In this document: piece by piece, positions 28,639-38,546 of the stretch
Numbering within the stretch: position 1 is the stretch's first letter
Layout: each line of letters starts with the position of its first letter
From: a virus
Virus record (IMG/VR): IMGVR_UViG_3300028840_004314
Coordinates: 20,486-84,485 of that record
Reading direction: 5' to 3' (one strand)
DNA: 64,000 nucleotides
Notes under the pieces: model-generated
What the model was told of the DNA's origin: nothing
Databases searched by the model: none
The model's input: the letters and a program-made list of their open reading frames with translations, nothing else
Position numbers and translations under genes: made by a program

Positions 28639-29321
28639 CAATAGTGATAGCCACAAGACATCGACAGGAAAAGTTGGAGAAAACACTCAACTCCATTCCA
28701 ATACATGATTGGATTGACTTGATCATAGTGTGTGATGGCGATGTAGAGACATACCAATGGTTGAACGGCAATAAGGATCGGTACAACCCAATGTATACTT
28801 TGCTACTTCCAAAGCACGTGGGATCTGTGGCCGCCCGAAATAGGGTAACTCCTAGTATCCAGGATGGATTTCTGTGGGCCACGGATGACATCATCTTCAA
28901 GGAGGGATCTATCGAGAGCGCCTTTAAAACATTCAACAAGTATTTTCCGGATGATGATGGAGTAGTAGGGTTTGTACAAGAACCCGGTGACTTCCATCCT
29001 ACTGGTGTAGGACTGATGGGACTGAGATTTCTGATGAGATACCCAGGGATGAAGCCTTTTTATCCCGGGTTTTACCATTTCGCCTGTCAGGAGATCCTAT
29101 ACCTGGCAGATGGACGGTTTGAACAGGATCCCAACGCTGTTGTGATACATAAACATCCTGATGCACACCCAGAGGAAAAGGACATCACACACGTGGAAGC
29201 CAGAAGGTATAAAGCCCAGGACATGGCGTTGATAGCGGATCGAAAAAACCAGAACTTAGTATGGGGCCGTGACGATGAGGATCCACCAAGCGGACATATC
29301 GAAGAGCCTCCGTCAGTTTGA
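28626..29321 (+). CDS. Glycosyltransferase family 2-like
   Basis: IVIATRHR...IIVCDG...GSVAARN...TDD. Confidence 0.7.
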   Translation: MRSLTIVIATRHRQEKLEKTLNSIPIHDWIDLIIVCDGDVETYQWLNGNKDRYNPMYTLLLPKHVGSVAARNRVTPSIQDGFLWATDDIIFKEGSIESAFKTFNKYFPDDDGVVGFVQEPGDFHPTGVGLMGLRFLMRYPGMKPFYPGFYHFACQEILYLADGRFEQDPNAVVIHKHPDAHPEEKDITHVEARRYKAQDMALIADRKNQNLVWGRDDEDPPSGHIEEPPSV

Positions 29322-30090
29322 ACCGGCCCTTCGCAAAAAGTTTCAACTGGAGAAGTACATTCGTATCACCCAGCCAGCCATTTTCTATGGGTGTCTGTCA
29401 GCTCACACTGCCAGGAAAATCATCAACCATAAAACAACGGCCGTGGTTTGCTGGCGTGGTACTGATGCCCAAAACTTGGCTAAGGCCCGACAAGGACTCC
29501 TGAAGGATCGTAAACTGGCTGAAGTGTTAGTACGAATGGTGGATTGTGACCATATAAAACATGTAGCCATTTCGGAGTTCATCGAGAAGGATTTACAAAT
29601 AGCAGGAGTCCCTTACAAGAGTGTTCCTGTGACGACGTTGGATCCAAACAAATGTAGACCTCTTCCTCGTGGGGACTGCCTGTATAGTTATGGACATCGC
29701 AGGCGTCCCCATATTTACAACGCCGCTTTAGTAGAAGCCGTGTTCCAAGAATTTCCTTCGGAGTATTGTTTGTATGGGGAGTTAGGAAGTAAAAACACCA
29801 GAATGCATCAAGACATGTTTAAGGTGTACATTCAGGTGGCGGTGGGTCTCCGTCTTACACAACATGATGGACTTCCAAATACTGTACTAGAATTAGGTTT
29901 GATGGGTAGACCTTGTATCTACAATGGAAAACTACCCAACGCCATTCCTTGGCGGAACAAGAAACATATCATACAGATCTGCCGACAACAACAGCAACGA
30001 CGAGGAGAAATAGATGCGGACATTGCGGAAGCTGTCCGAGAATACATAACTATCAAGGACGATTGGCTAAGGACGGAGTTTTACGAATGA
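29269..30090 (+). CDS. GT-B (GT4-like) glycosyltransferase
   Basis: WRGTD...GLRLTQHDGLPNTVLELGLMGRP. Confidence 0.65.
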   Translation: MTMRIHQADISKSLRQFEPALRKKFQLEKYIRITQPAIFYGCLSAHTARKIINHKTTAVVCWRGTDAQNLAKARQGLLKDRKLAEVLVRMVDCDHIKHVAISEFIEKDLQIAGVPYKSVPVTTLDPNKCRPLPRGDCLYSYGHRRRPHIYNAALVEAVFQEFPSEYCLYGELGSKNTRMHQDMFKVYIQVAVGLRLTQHDGLPNTVLELGLMGRPCIYNGKLPNAIPWRNKKHIIQICRQQQQRRGEIDADIAEAVREYITIKDDWLRTEFYE

Positions 30091-31571
30091 ATCCGAAAGT
30101 ATCGGTAATAGTTACATTGTATAACTACAAGGAGTACATCCCTGAGTGTATAAACTCCTTTTTGATTCAGGACTTTCCCGACTCTGAGATGGTTATTGTG
30201 GATGATGGATCCACGGATGATCCGGTTCCAACCCTACTCCCCTATTTGAACAAGAGGGTTAGGTTGTTTCAAATACCACACAGTAACTATGCCTGTGCCA
30301 AGAATGTTGGTATTCAAAAAGCCAGGGCGGACATCCTAGTAATGTTGGACGCCGATGACATGTTAACACAGGATGGAATCTCCACCCGCTATACGAAGAT
30401 CCAGGAAGGGTACGACCTGGTCCACGGACCGTCCATCCGCTTGGAAAGGGGCGGGGCCCGTCGTATTGACCCCATGTGGGATAAATGGGTGGAGACGCGT
30501 AGTCCTAAGTGGATACATGCCCAGGGTGTAATGCTTAGGAAATGGATCCACCGGGAGATAGGTTTGTATGACAGCTGGTTTTGGGCCAAGGCGGATCGGG
30601 AGATGTTTTACAGGATCGCCCAGGCCAAATACAAGATTGGAAGTGTGGATCGTCCTGTGTCCTTTTACAGGATACACTCCCGCCAGATGCACAGAAGTAA
30701 AAAGAAACAACAAGACAAGGACACCTTGAGTCGTAGGATGACAAAAGTGTTGGAGAGAAGGAGGAAAGGGAGTTTCAAAGGATTACAGATTTTGGAGACC
30801 GCAATGAAACCAGAACCACTCAGTCAGATGTTTCAATATAAGGAAAGTGATATAGCTGTTGTCCTTGGTTCTGGTCAGTCGATCAACAGAATAAGTAAGG
30901 CAGAATGGAAGGCCATTATACACAAGACAGATACATGGGCCATGAACAATTGGGTGTATCATCCTACCGTAGTTCCAAAGTTCTACCATGTGGAAGCCAA
31001 ATGGTACAACTACAATCTACTACGAGAAAGGTTGGAGGAGAAGAGATCCCAGTATCACAATACCAAGTTCCTGTTTGAAAAAGGTAAAGGTATTCGCCAC
31101 CCACAACAGGGAAGTAAGTGGTTGCACATGGTCGCCGATGGTTTTCCCTACAAATTCGAGTACCCTATGAAGAAAAGGGATCCCAAGAGGACCCATCCAG
31201 TCTATTCGGCAGATTACACAATGGATGGTGTGTACCTTACTAAAAGCTATGACATGTCCATGACATGTTTGTTAGAGTTGTTGTACAAGTTTGGGTACAA
31301 GTGGGTGGTGCTGTACGGGGTGGATCTTACTAACAGTTACTACTTCTGGTCGGGACATGAAGCCAAGTATGGGCAGGTACATCACCAAACAAACAAGGCA
31401 CACGAAGGGAAGGATCCAAAGCTACCACACAACACAGCCCTTATTAGTGATTTCATTGTGGATTTCCATGAGAGGAGATTCAAACCCAGTAACAGGGAAA
31501 TACTAGTAGGTCACACAAAGACAGCCTTGTGGCCAAGATTGGATTGTTCAACTGTAAGGGAATTGCTATGA
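30087..31571 (+). CDS. GT2 glycosyltransferase fused to a Maf/MptE-like domain
   Basis: N-half VSVIV..YN, IVDDGSTD, LDADD; C-half VVLGSGQSI...AMNNW...VLYGVDL; ATGA overlap at 30087. Confidence 0.75.
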   Translation: MNPKVSVIVTLYNYKEYIPECINSFLIQDFPDSEMVIVDDGSTDDPVPTLLPYLNKRVRLFQIPHSNYACAKNVGIQKARADILVMLDADDMLTQDGISTRYTKIQEGYDLVHGPSIRLERGGARRIDPMWDKWVETRSPKWIHAQGVMLRKWIHREIGLYDSWFWAKADREMFYRIAQAKYKIGSVDRPVSFYRIHSRQMHRSKKKQQDKDTLSRRMTKVLERRRKGSFKGLQILETAMKPEPLSQMFQYKESDIAVVLGSGQSINRISKAEWKAIIHKTDTWAMNNWVYHPTVVPKFYHVEAKWYNYNLLRERLEEKRSQYHNTKFLFEKGKGIRHPQQGSKWLHMVADGFPYKFEYPMKKRDPKRTHPVYSADYTMDGVYLTKSYDMSMTCLLELLYKFGYKWVVLYGVDLTNSYYFWSGHEAKYGQVHHQTNKAHEGKDPKLPHNTALISDFIVDFHERRFKPSNREILVGHTKTALWPRLDCSTVRELL

Positions 31572-32536
31572 AAGTGTTCGTACCTGCCCTACAGAAGGCC
31601 CCTGGAGGAGGGAAAAGTGCCTTCTATCATCGTCTCGCCAAGGAGATGAGGAAACAGGGAGTGGATGTAATCGCCGATCCGGAGGAGATCTGTGACATCA
31701 GTCTTAACAATGTGATAGCCTCTCATGGACCCAGTCGCAAGAAGGTGGTACGTATAGATGGAATATGGCATGATACTGCAAAGCCCTGGAAAGCCAGGAA
31801 CGCGGCCATCTCCAAGAGCCTTCACGAATCCGATGGAGTAGTGTATCAGTCGGAATTCTCCGCGAAGATGGGGGATGTATTTCTTGGAAAATACAAGGGA
31901 CCTCGGGCTGTAATACACAATGGAATGGATAGCCGGGAGTTCGCCTCCGTAAAACCTGACAAGTCCATTCTTACTGGCCGTTTTAACTTTTTGGCTGTGT
32001 CCAAATGGAGGCCACACAAAAGACTACATGAGATTGTAGATTCCTTTTTGTTAGCTGGAATCAAGGACAGTCTATTGGTGATAGCCGGAGATTTATCCAG
32101 GGCGGGTCTAAGACCACAGGCCATGCAAAACATCCGATCCCATCCACGTATAAAGTACGTCGGCGTTTTACCACAAGCCAGATTGGCGTCTCTTTGGAAG
32201 GGGGCCACGGCTTCCATTCACCTCTGTTGGTCGGATTCCTGCCCTAACAGTGTAGTGGAAGCCATCGTACACGGAGTTCCTGTCATCTGTACAAACACGG
32301 GAGGTACTCCTGAATTGGTAAGGCCTTCTGGAGGTAAGATCGTTTACTTGGATCATGATTATCCCATGGTGGCCTGTGACCTTTACCATCCTCCTCCCAT
32401 AAACAAGAGGGCACTGGCGACCGCCATGCAGGAGGTTACTAAGGTTAGTCGTATCATATCCTGTGACCACGTGCATATCAAAAACATTGCAAAGCAATAC
32501 ATTTCCTTTCTGGAGGAAGTACTGTGCAAGAGTTAA
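31568..32536 (+). CDS. Glycosyltransferase family 4
   Basis: VIHNG...KWRPHKRL...DSCPNSVVEAIVHGVPVICTNTGGTPELV. Confidence 0.85.
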   Translation: MKVFVPALQKAPGGGKSAFYHRLAKEMRKQGVDVIADPEEICDISLNNVIASHGPSRKKVVRIDGIWHDTAKPWKARNAAISKSLHESDGVVYQSEFSAKMGDVFLGKYKGPRAVIHNGMDSREFASVKPDKSILTGRFNFLAVSKWRPHKRLHEIVDSFLLAGIKDSLLVIAGDLSRAGLRPQAMQNIRSHPRIKYVGVLPQARLASLWKGATASIHLCWSDSCPNSVVEAIVHGVPVICTNTGGTPELVRPSGGKIVYLDHDYPMVACDLYHPPPINKRALATAMQEVTKVSRIISCDHVHIKNIAKQYISFLEEVLCKS

Positions 32537-33300
32537 TCTCCATTGTATCTACCCTCTACAACTATGAGCGGTATCTTCGAGATCTAATCGACTCCTGTAA
32601 AGCCCAAACGTGGGATAATTGGGAACTAATCATTGTGGATGATGGTTCTACCGATAACCCTCTTCCTACCATAACAGAGTGTGCAGATGGTTGGAAGGGT
32701 GGTACAATTAGATACATTCCCTTGTCGCGGAATTTTGGATACAGTTACGCCAAGAACATTGGTATAGATGAATCCAGGGGAGAATACATTGTCATGATCG
32801 ATGCGGATGACATGTTGATTCCGGATTCACTTAAACACAGGTATGAAGTACTACAAAATACCGACAAGTTGTGGGTCCATGGAAACGTGTTACAGAGAAC
32901 GGAGGATGGAAAATACCACGTTAGTGATATGAATAAACGCACACTGCTCAGGAGAGAACTACTGAGGCAGGGAAAGGATTTGAATACATATTACCATCAT
33001 CGATTGATACACGCCCAGGGTGTAATGGTACGAAGGGAATTTCATCGTCGCCTCGGTTTGTATGATGCCAGCCTCCGATTTTCTTCCGATAACGAAATGT
33101 TCCGTAGAGCCATTCGTTTCGGGATTCTTCCGGAGTACACAGGAAGGGTGGTGGCCGTTTACAGGTGTCATACTCACAGGATGAGTAAATCACCTGACAA
33201 GAAGAAACAAATCAAACAAGTCAAGCAATACATTTTGGATGTAGTTGAAAAGCGTTTTAAGGAAGGTATCAACGAAACCAATACTTGGGTTTTACAATGA
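32524..33300 (+). CDS. Glycosyltransferase family 2, paralogue of the 30087 N-domain
   Basis: IVDDGSTD, AKNIGI, MIDADD, IHAQGVM, GLYD. Confidence 0.85.
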   Translation: MQELISIVSTLYNYERYLRDLIDSCKAQTWDNWELIIVDDGSTDNPLPTITECADGWKGGTIRYIPLSRNFGYSYAKNIGIDESRGEYIVMIDADDMLIPDSLKHRYEVLQNTDKLWVHGNVLQRTEDGKYHVSDMNKRTLLRRELLRQGKDLNTYYHHRLIHAQGVMVRREFHRRLGLYDASLRFSSDNEMFRRAIRFGILPEYTGRVVAVYRCHTHRMSKSPDKKKQIKQVKQYILDVVEKRFKEGINETNTWVLQ

Positions 33301-33965
33301 ACCAGAGAATAGTTACATTGATTCCTGCTCGCGGTGGAAGCCAGGGAGTCCGTCGAAAGAATGTTGCCATGGTGGCCGGTATGCCTTTGGTTGCTTACAA
33401 TATCACGGCGTCTCTCCTTTCCAAATCAAAGGAAACTTGGGTATCAACTGACAGTACATACATCAAAGAGGTGGCCCTAAGATACGGGGCTAACGTCCTG
33501 GACCGTCCAAAATCCTTAGGAAAGGCGGATAGTACAACGGAGTCGGTTATTGATCACTTTCTGTCCGAAGTGGAATGTGACACCGTGATATTGATGCAAC
33601 CCACTTCTCCATTCACCCTTCCCGAAGATATTAATAGGGGAATACATATTTTCGTGAAAGGACGGTTTCAATCCGTGTTCAGCTGTGTTGAAACAAACGA
33701 TATGTTGATTTGGAAATTCCGAGGAAGGAAGTTTGGTCCAATCAACTATGACCCCCGCAACCGTGGTAACAGACAAACACGACAAGATACCATTTATTGG
33801 GAGAATGGGGCCTTTTACATTTTTACAAAGAAAATGTTTCTAAGGAAACAGTGTAGATTAGGTGGTAAAATTGGAAGAGTACCGATGCCATTTTGGAGAT
33901 CCTTTCAAGTGGATGAACCGGAGGACCTCCAAGGTGTGCGTAAACTAATGGGAGGATGGGAGTAG
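33297..33965 (+). CDS. neuA: Acylneuraminate (CMP-nonulosonate) cytidylyltransferase
   Basis: IPARGGSQGVRRKN, VSTDS, RP, QPTSP, ENGAFY, VDEPED. Confidence 0.9.
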   Translation: MNQRIVTLIPARGGSQGVRRKNVAMVAGMPLVAYNITASLLSKSKETWVSTDSTYIKEVALRYGANVLDRPKSLGKADSTTESVIDHFLSEVECDTVILMQPTSPFTLPEDINRGIHIFVKGRFQSVFSCVETNDMLIWKFRGRKFGPINYDPRNRGNRQTRQDTIYWENGAFYIFTKKMFLRKQCRLGGKIGRVPMPFWRSFQVDEPEDLQGVRKLMGGWE

Positions 33966-33967
33966 GG

Positions 33968-34219
33968 ATGGACCAGGGATACAATACTTGTATTTTATGT
34001 GGTGCCAATACATTCCAACATGATGAGATTTGTCTTCATTGTTGTCGACATGGATGTAGACACAATGAAATGAAAGATAGGAAAGCCTTGAGTCCTCATT
34101 TTATGTTTCCAGAGGATACCCCGGAGGCTGAGATGGCGGATAGTGAGGTGGAGGATAGGTGGTACAACTCTCCTCCACCTGGAACCCATTTAGTAAATGG
34201 CCGACCAATACTAGAGTGA
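33968..34219 (+). CDS. Small Cys/His-rich hypothetical protein
   Basis: CILCG...CLHCC. Confidence 0.4.
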   Translation: MDQGYNTCILCGANTFQHDEICLHCCRHGCRHNEMKDRKALSPHFMFPEDTPEAEMADSEVEDRWYNSPPPGTHLVNGRPILE

Positions 34220-34224
34220 TCAAA

Positions 34225-34428
34225 ATGAGTACTAACAATAAAATGTTGTACGTCAAGGGAAAGTTGTTCTACTGTGAATGTGGATGTAATGTATTTCACG
34301 AGTGTGTCAAAAGAGTTCCCGAGGATCCTAACGTAAAAAGATACCTCTGTAACAGTTGTGACGTCGGATATTATGGAGAAGTAGCTGATGAGTCCCCCGA
34401 AGGAGACAATCTTGGAAAAGTTGTATAA
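34225..34428 (+). CDS. Small Zn-ribbon protein
   Basis: FYCECGCNVF...YLCNSC. Confidence 0.5.
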   Translation: MSTNNKMLYVKGKLFYCECGCNVFHECVKRVPEDPNVKRYLCNSCDVGYYGEVADESPEGDNLGKVV

Positions 34429-35203
34429 CGTCAAGGGAAAAACAATCGTTCTTACTGGAGCTTCCGGGTATCTGGCTGTAGAGCTCAGTTTACATCTGTA
34501 TCACCTTGGTGCCCAGGTGATAGGTTTGGACAAGGACAAGTCAACCTCTGGTCAATACTACAAATTCTTTCAAGTGGATTTCAATAGTCCGGAGTTTCCG
34601 AAGGTGTTGGAACGTATCACAAAGGAGGAGGAACATCTGGACGTTCTGATCAATATGGCTTGGGATTTGTCGTACAACACTGGGTTTAACATCCCAGGGG
34701 CCGAGAAATATACCTACGAGCATTGGTACAGGAACTTCATGTGTATGTACTGGGCTGTTTTGACCACGACATACATAGGAGAGATGATGAAACAGGAGGG
34801 TGATGGAAGTATCATCAACATTGGTACAATGTACGCCAAGACGTGTCCGGATCCAAACATGTACATAGGTACTAGATTTCGGAATCCACCCGCCTACTCT
34901 GCCATGAAGGCGGCTTTGGCCATGTACACAAAGAGGTGTGCCGTTGATCTTGGTGTATATGGTGTCCGATGTAATGTTGTACATCCTGGAGCCTTTCCCA
35001 AGGTAAAATCCAAGGCGAATGGGAACGCTGTTGATTTAGATCATGATCAGGATTTTCTCAACAGACTAGAACGTAAGTCCCCACTGAATATAACTGGACA
35101 TCCGGCGGATTTGGTGGGGTTGATTGTTTTCTTGTGTAGTGATTGTTCCAGTTATCTAACTGGGCAGGAGATTTCCGTGGACGGAGGTTGGGACATATGG
35201 TAG
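34388..35203 (+). CDS. SDR oxidoreductase (PtmA-like)
   Basis: TGASGYL, DVLINMA, GSIINIGTMY...P.AYSAMK (YxxxK), YLTGQEISVDGGW. Confidence 0.85.
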   Translation: MSPPKETILEKLYNVKGKTIVLTGASGYLAVELSLHLYHLGAQVIGLDKDKSTSGQYYKFFQVDFNSPEFPKVLERITKEEEHLDVLINMAWDLSYNTGFNIPGAEKYTYEHWYRNFMCMYWAVLTTTYIGEMMKQEGDGSIINIGTMYAKTCPDPNMYIGTRFRNPPAYSAMKAALAMYTKRCAVDLGVYGVRCNVVHPGAFPKVKSKANGNAVDLDHDQDFLNRLERKSPLNITGHPADLVGLIVFLCSDCSSYLTGQEISVDGGWDIW

Positions 35204-35285
35204 GGTGGGTGTATGGGGCCCAGGAGGCCCGGATGGCCCTGTCCTGGTCCGAGGAGGGATCCTCCAGGTTAAGGAGGTGTTTACC

Positions 35286-36104
35286 ATGTTTGACGACGTG
35301 AGACCACTTCATGGTTTGTGTAATGTTAACGTAGAATTGACGTCCAGATGCAACAAAAACTGTTGGATGTGTGGACGTCGGGAACGTGAACGTTTGCACG
35401 GGCCCCAAGAAGAAGGAGACATGACTCAGGAGACCGTTTACAAGATCGCAAATGAACTTCCTCCGGGCCTGTTGGTACAACTACACAACAATGGAGAACC
35501 GCTGGTGTATCCACATTTTGGGCACGCCGCGGCCTGTTTCAATGTGAGACACTTTACAAACATTGTTACAAACGGGAAGTTGTTGTTTCGAAAACACGAT
35601 GAAATCATAGGAAAACTGGATACTTTATCCGTGTCTGTATTTGAGAATGATCCGGAGGCGGACGCACAATACGCCATTTTGGAGGGGTTTCTTGACAAGA
35701 AGGGGGATCAGCGGCCGTTTGTTACAGCCAGATTGATAGGTAACATCCCTCCAGAACAGGAGAAATGGTATACTGATTTGGGTTTGGAGATTGTACGACG
35801 TACTCTTCACGACCCAAGAGGTAGTGTAAACTACCGCAAGGAACCCACCAAACCAGAGGCAGGTTTTTGTTGGGACATGTTTACGCGGTTGGCGATCAAT
35901 TACAAGGGGGATGTTTCGTGTTGTGTACGTTATGATCCCGAGGGGGATCTCGTTCTGGGTAATATAAACGAAACATCCCTTTATGATATGTGGTACGGAG
36001 AAAAACGACAGTACATGTTAGCCAAGCACATCCAGGGGCGACGATGTGATTTGGATTATTGTGGGAAGAAATGTCACTATTGGGGAGTGCCTACCGGTGT
36101 ATAG
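35286..36104 (+). CDS. Radical SAM / SPASM-twitch protein
   Basis: ELTSRCNKNCWMC, GEP, TNG, C..GDVSCC...LGNI...C; SD AAGGAGG before ATG 35286. Confidence 0.9.
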   Translation: MFDDVRPLHGLCNVNVELTSRCNKNCWMCGRRERERLHGPQEEGDMTQETVYKIANELPPGLLVQLHNNGEPLVYPHFGHAAACFNVRHFTNIVTNGKLLFRKHDEIIGKLDTLSVSVFENDPEADAQYAILEGFLDKKGDQRPFVTARLIGNIPPEQEKWYTDLGLEIVRRTLHDPRGSVNYRKEPTKPEAGFCWDMFTRLAINYKGDVSCCVRYDPEGDLVLGNINETSLYDMWYGEKRQYMLAKHIQGRRCDLDYCGKKCHYWGVPTGV

Positions 36105-36122
36105 GGAGGGTAGGAGAATACT

Positions 36123-36944
36123 ATGAGCTGTAAGATTGTTGCTGACATTGGAATCAATCACAATGGTGATGTGGATTTGGCGAAACAGATGATATGTATG
36201 GCCAAACAGGCCGGATGTGATTACGTCAAATTCCAAAAGAGGACCGTGGGTCTGGTGTACACTCAGGAAGAGTTAGACAAACCGAGGGAGTCCCCCTGGG
36301 GAACAACGAATCGACACCAAAAGGAGGGTTTGGAATTCACGGAGGCGGAGTATGTGGACATTGATGCCTTCTGTAACAGTATACAGATACCATGGTTCGC
36401 TTCTCCTTGGGATCGTGTGTCTGTTGAATTCCTAACACAGTTCGAGCCTCCGTACATCAAGGTGGCTTCCGCGATGTTAACAAACATTGAAGTGTTGGAG
36501 AAGATTCGGGAAACTGGAATTCCAGTGATCCTTTCCACTGGAATGTCACTACAACATGAATTGGATCAGGCTCTGGAATATCTAGGAGGTCAGGTGGAGT
36601 ACATTCTGGCTTGTACCTCCACCTATCCTACTGCCACGCATGAGATGAATCTCCGGTTCATTACCACCCTGAAGAAGCAGTATCCACACTGGAAGATTGG
36701 TTTTTCCAATCATCATCCTGGTGTATTTCACATGGCCTCCACGGTGGTTCTTGGGGCCGAGATGATTGAATTTCATATTACTCCTGGACGGTCCTTTTAT
36801 GGATCTGATCAGGCCGCCAGTATTGAGGCTGAAGGCGTTCGTAAGTTGGTGAAGTATGTACGGGATACAGAAATTGCCATGGGACACGGTGATTGGACTG
36901 TATTCCCGAATGAAATTCCGATTCGTGACAAATTACGAAAATGA
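36123..36944 (+). CDS. neuB: Nonulosonic acid (N-acetylneuraminate-type) synthase, short form without SAF domain
   Basis: ADIGINHNGD, VKFQKR, KVASA, STGMS, CTSTYP, GFSNH, EFHIT, GSDQAAS. Confidence 0.92.
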   Translation: MSCKIVADIGINHNGDVDLAKQMICMAKQAGCDYVKFQKRTVGLVYTQEELDKPRESPWGTTNRHQKEGLEFTEAEYVDIDAFCNSIQIPWFASPWDRVSVEFLTQFEPPYIKVASAMLTNIEVLEKIRETGIPVILSTGMSLQHELDQALEYLGGQVEYILACTSTYPTATHEMNLRFITTLKKQYPHWKIGFSNHHPGVFHMASTVVLGAEMIEFHITPGRSFYGSDQAASIEAEGVRKLVKYVRDTEIAMGHGDWTVFPNEIPIRDKLRK

Positions 36945-36957
36945 GGAGGAGTTTAGG

Positions 36958-37554
36958 ATGTTACTGATCAACGTAGGTGGTGCGAAGGGATTCAAAAACT
37001 TTTCTGACAAGGTTAGGGATAACTGGAAGGTAATGGATGTAGATCCGAAAAAAGCGGACTACCTCTATGACGTAAACAGCACGGAGCCTATCCCATTGAA
37101 TTCTGACAGTGTGGATGGATACTACTGTTCCATGATACTGGAACATGTGGACCCAGGAATTTTACCGGGTTTATTGAAGGAATTCTATCGTACCCTAAAG
37201 CCCAATGGAAGGATTCGGGTGGTAGTTCCTGACTTTCGGTTGGCTTGTTTCCATTACTTGAACGATCCACGTTGGTTGTGGCGAAAGGATCTTCCGACTG
37301 GTGACAAAACCTTCCCGGAAACGGCCCTAGGGAAGTTAATGCCTTGGTTCTATTCCAGGGATGGAGTAGTAAAGGGTGCCATGCGCCATGGTCACAAAAT
37401 GTGTTTTGACGCGGAAACCCTGAAGCAGTTTTTTATGGGGGCAGGTTTTCGGGGTATTGTGCAAAGGGACTATAATACAAAGGATTCCATGTTTGATGGA
37501 AAGGATTTCAAGAGATACGCGGAGTGGTCCATTTACTTGGAGGCACAAAAATAG
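36958..37554 (+). CDS. Class I SAM-dependent methyltransferase (type 11-like)
   Basis: INVGG..G, ILEH, EFYRTLKPNGRIRVVVPD. Confidence 0.8.
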   Translation: MLLINVGGAKGFKNFSDKVRDNWKVMDVDPKKADYLYDVNSTEPIPLNSDSVDGYYCSMILEHVDPGILPGLLKEFYRTLKPNGRIRVVVPDFRLACFHYLNDPRWLWRKDLPTGDKTFPETALGKLMPWFYSRDGVVKGAMRHGHKMCFDAETLKQFFMGAGFRGIVQRDYNTKDSMFDGKDFKRYAEWSIYLEAQK

Positions 37555-37613
37555 GTTCTTGATCTGGTCTACATGATATATGTAGGTGAAAGTATGGGTT
37601 TAGGAGTGTACTT

Positions 37614-37991
37614 GTGGATAGAAGAAACTTCTTAAAAAGGTTAGGCGGTACCATTGGGGCTGCTTTAATAGGCGTTAACCTTTTGGAAAAGGAAACTCCT
37701 TGGTCCTCCCCTAGTTCACTTCGTATCGTAACATTGGATTCTTTAGGTTCCAGTGTTTCTACTTGTGACGTGTGTCCTCTCAAAGCCAAAAACAAATGTA
37801 TGTGTCTTTGTAGACTGGGACGTAAACAAAACCCCGAAAACATTGAAAAGTACGAAAGATGGGTAGTCACACAATACGATTCTACCACTAAAGTAGCCAC
37901 TGTGTCGGAGACCTTTCCAAAACATATTGGAAATGGTGTATACGAATTCAACGTACAAACCCTAGAGGAACAAAATGCCAAAAAATCTTGA
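37614..37991 (+). CDS. Protein with twin-arginine (Tat) signal and Cys cluster
   Basis: GTG start with AGGAG SD; DRRNFLK plus hydrophobic GGTIGAALIG. Confidence 0.55.
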   Translation: MDRRNFLKRLGGTIGAALIGVNLLEKETPWSSPSSLRIVTLDSLGSSVSTCDVCPLKAKNKCMCLCRLGRKQNPENIEKYERWVVTQYDSTTKVATVSETFPKHIGNGVYEFNVQTLEEQNAKKS

Positions 37992-38538
37992 AGTTAACGA
38001 TCGTCACAAAATCATCGCCTCCCGTTTAGAGGAGTTAGTTCCACCCAAGTCTTCCAGACGACAACGGAAACTGGTGATCGATGTGGGATGCTACAAAGGC
38101 CGGCTGGGTTATCTTCTTCGAAAGATGAAGTACAAAACCATCGGATTCGACATTAGCGTGAAGTGTGTTGATGAATGTCGGAGATTGGGACTTAATACCT
38201 TCATCAAAGACATCACAAAACAACCATTGAAGGCCTGGCCCAAGGCGGATGCTGTTGTATGCTCCGAATTGTTAGAGCATCTTACAGAGCAAGGATTTCA
38301 TGTGGCGGTCCGCAACTTGGATTCCATGCTGGATTCGGGTGGAGTACTAATCATCACTGTGCCCGAGAAAGAGGAAGCCATCGAGAAACATTCCTTCCAC
38401 AAAAGGTATGTAACCTCCAAAATGATCAAGGAAGCCTTCCCAGAGTATGATTTATTGGAGGAATCCTTGGTTTACAAAAACGAGGGAGCCAGACTCCGTA
38501 ACAGTGCCAACCTTATGCTGGTATTCAAGAAACAGTAG
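37975..38538 (+). CDS. Class I SAM-dependent methyltransferase
   Basis: VIDVGCYKG, GFDIS, SELLEHL, GGVLIITVP. Confidence 0.85.
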   Translation: MPKNLEVNDRHKIIASRLEELVPPKSSRRQRKLVIDVGCYKGRLGYLLRKMKYKTIGFDISVKCVDECRRLGLNTFIKDITKQPLKAWPKADAVVCSELLEHLTEQGFHVAVRNLDSMLDSGGVLIITVPEKEEAIEKHSFHKRYVTSKMIKEAFPEYDLLEESLVYKNEGARLRNSANLMLVFKKQ

Positions 38539-38546
38539 GAAGTTAC

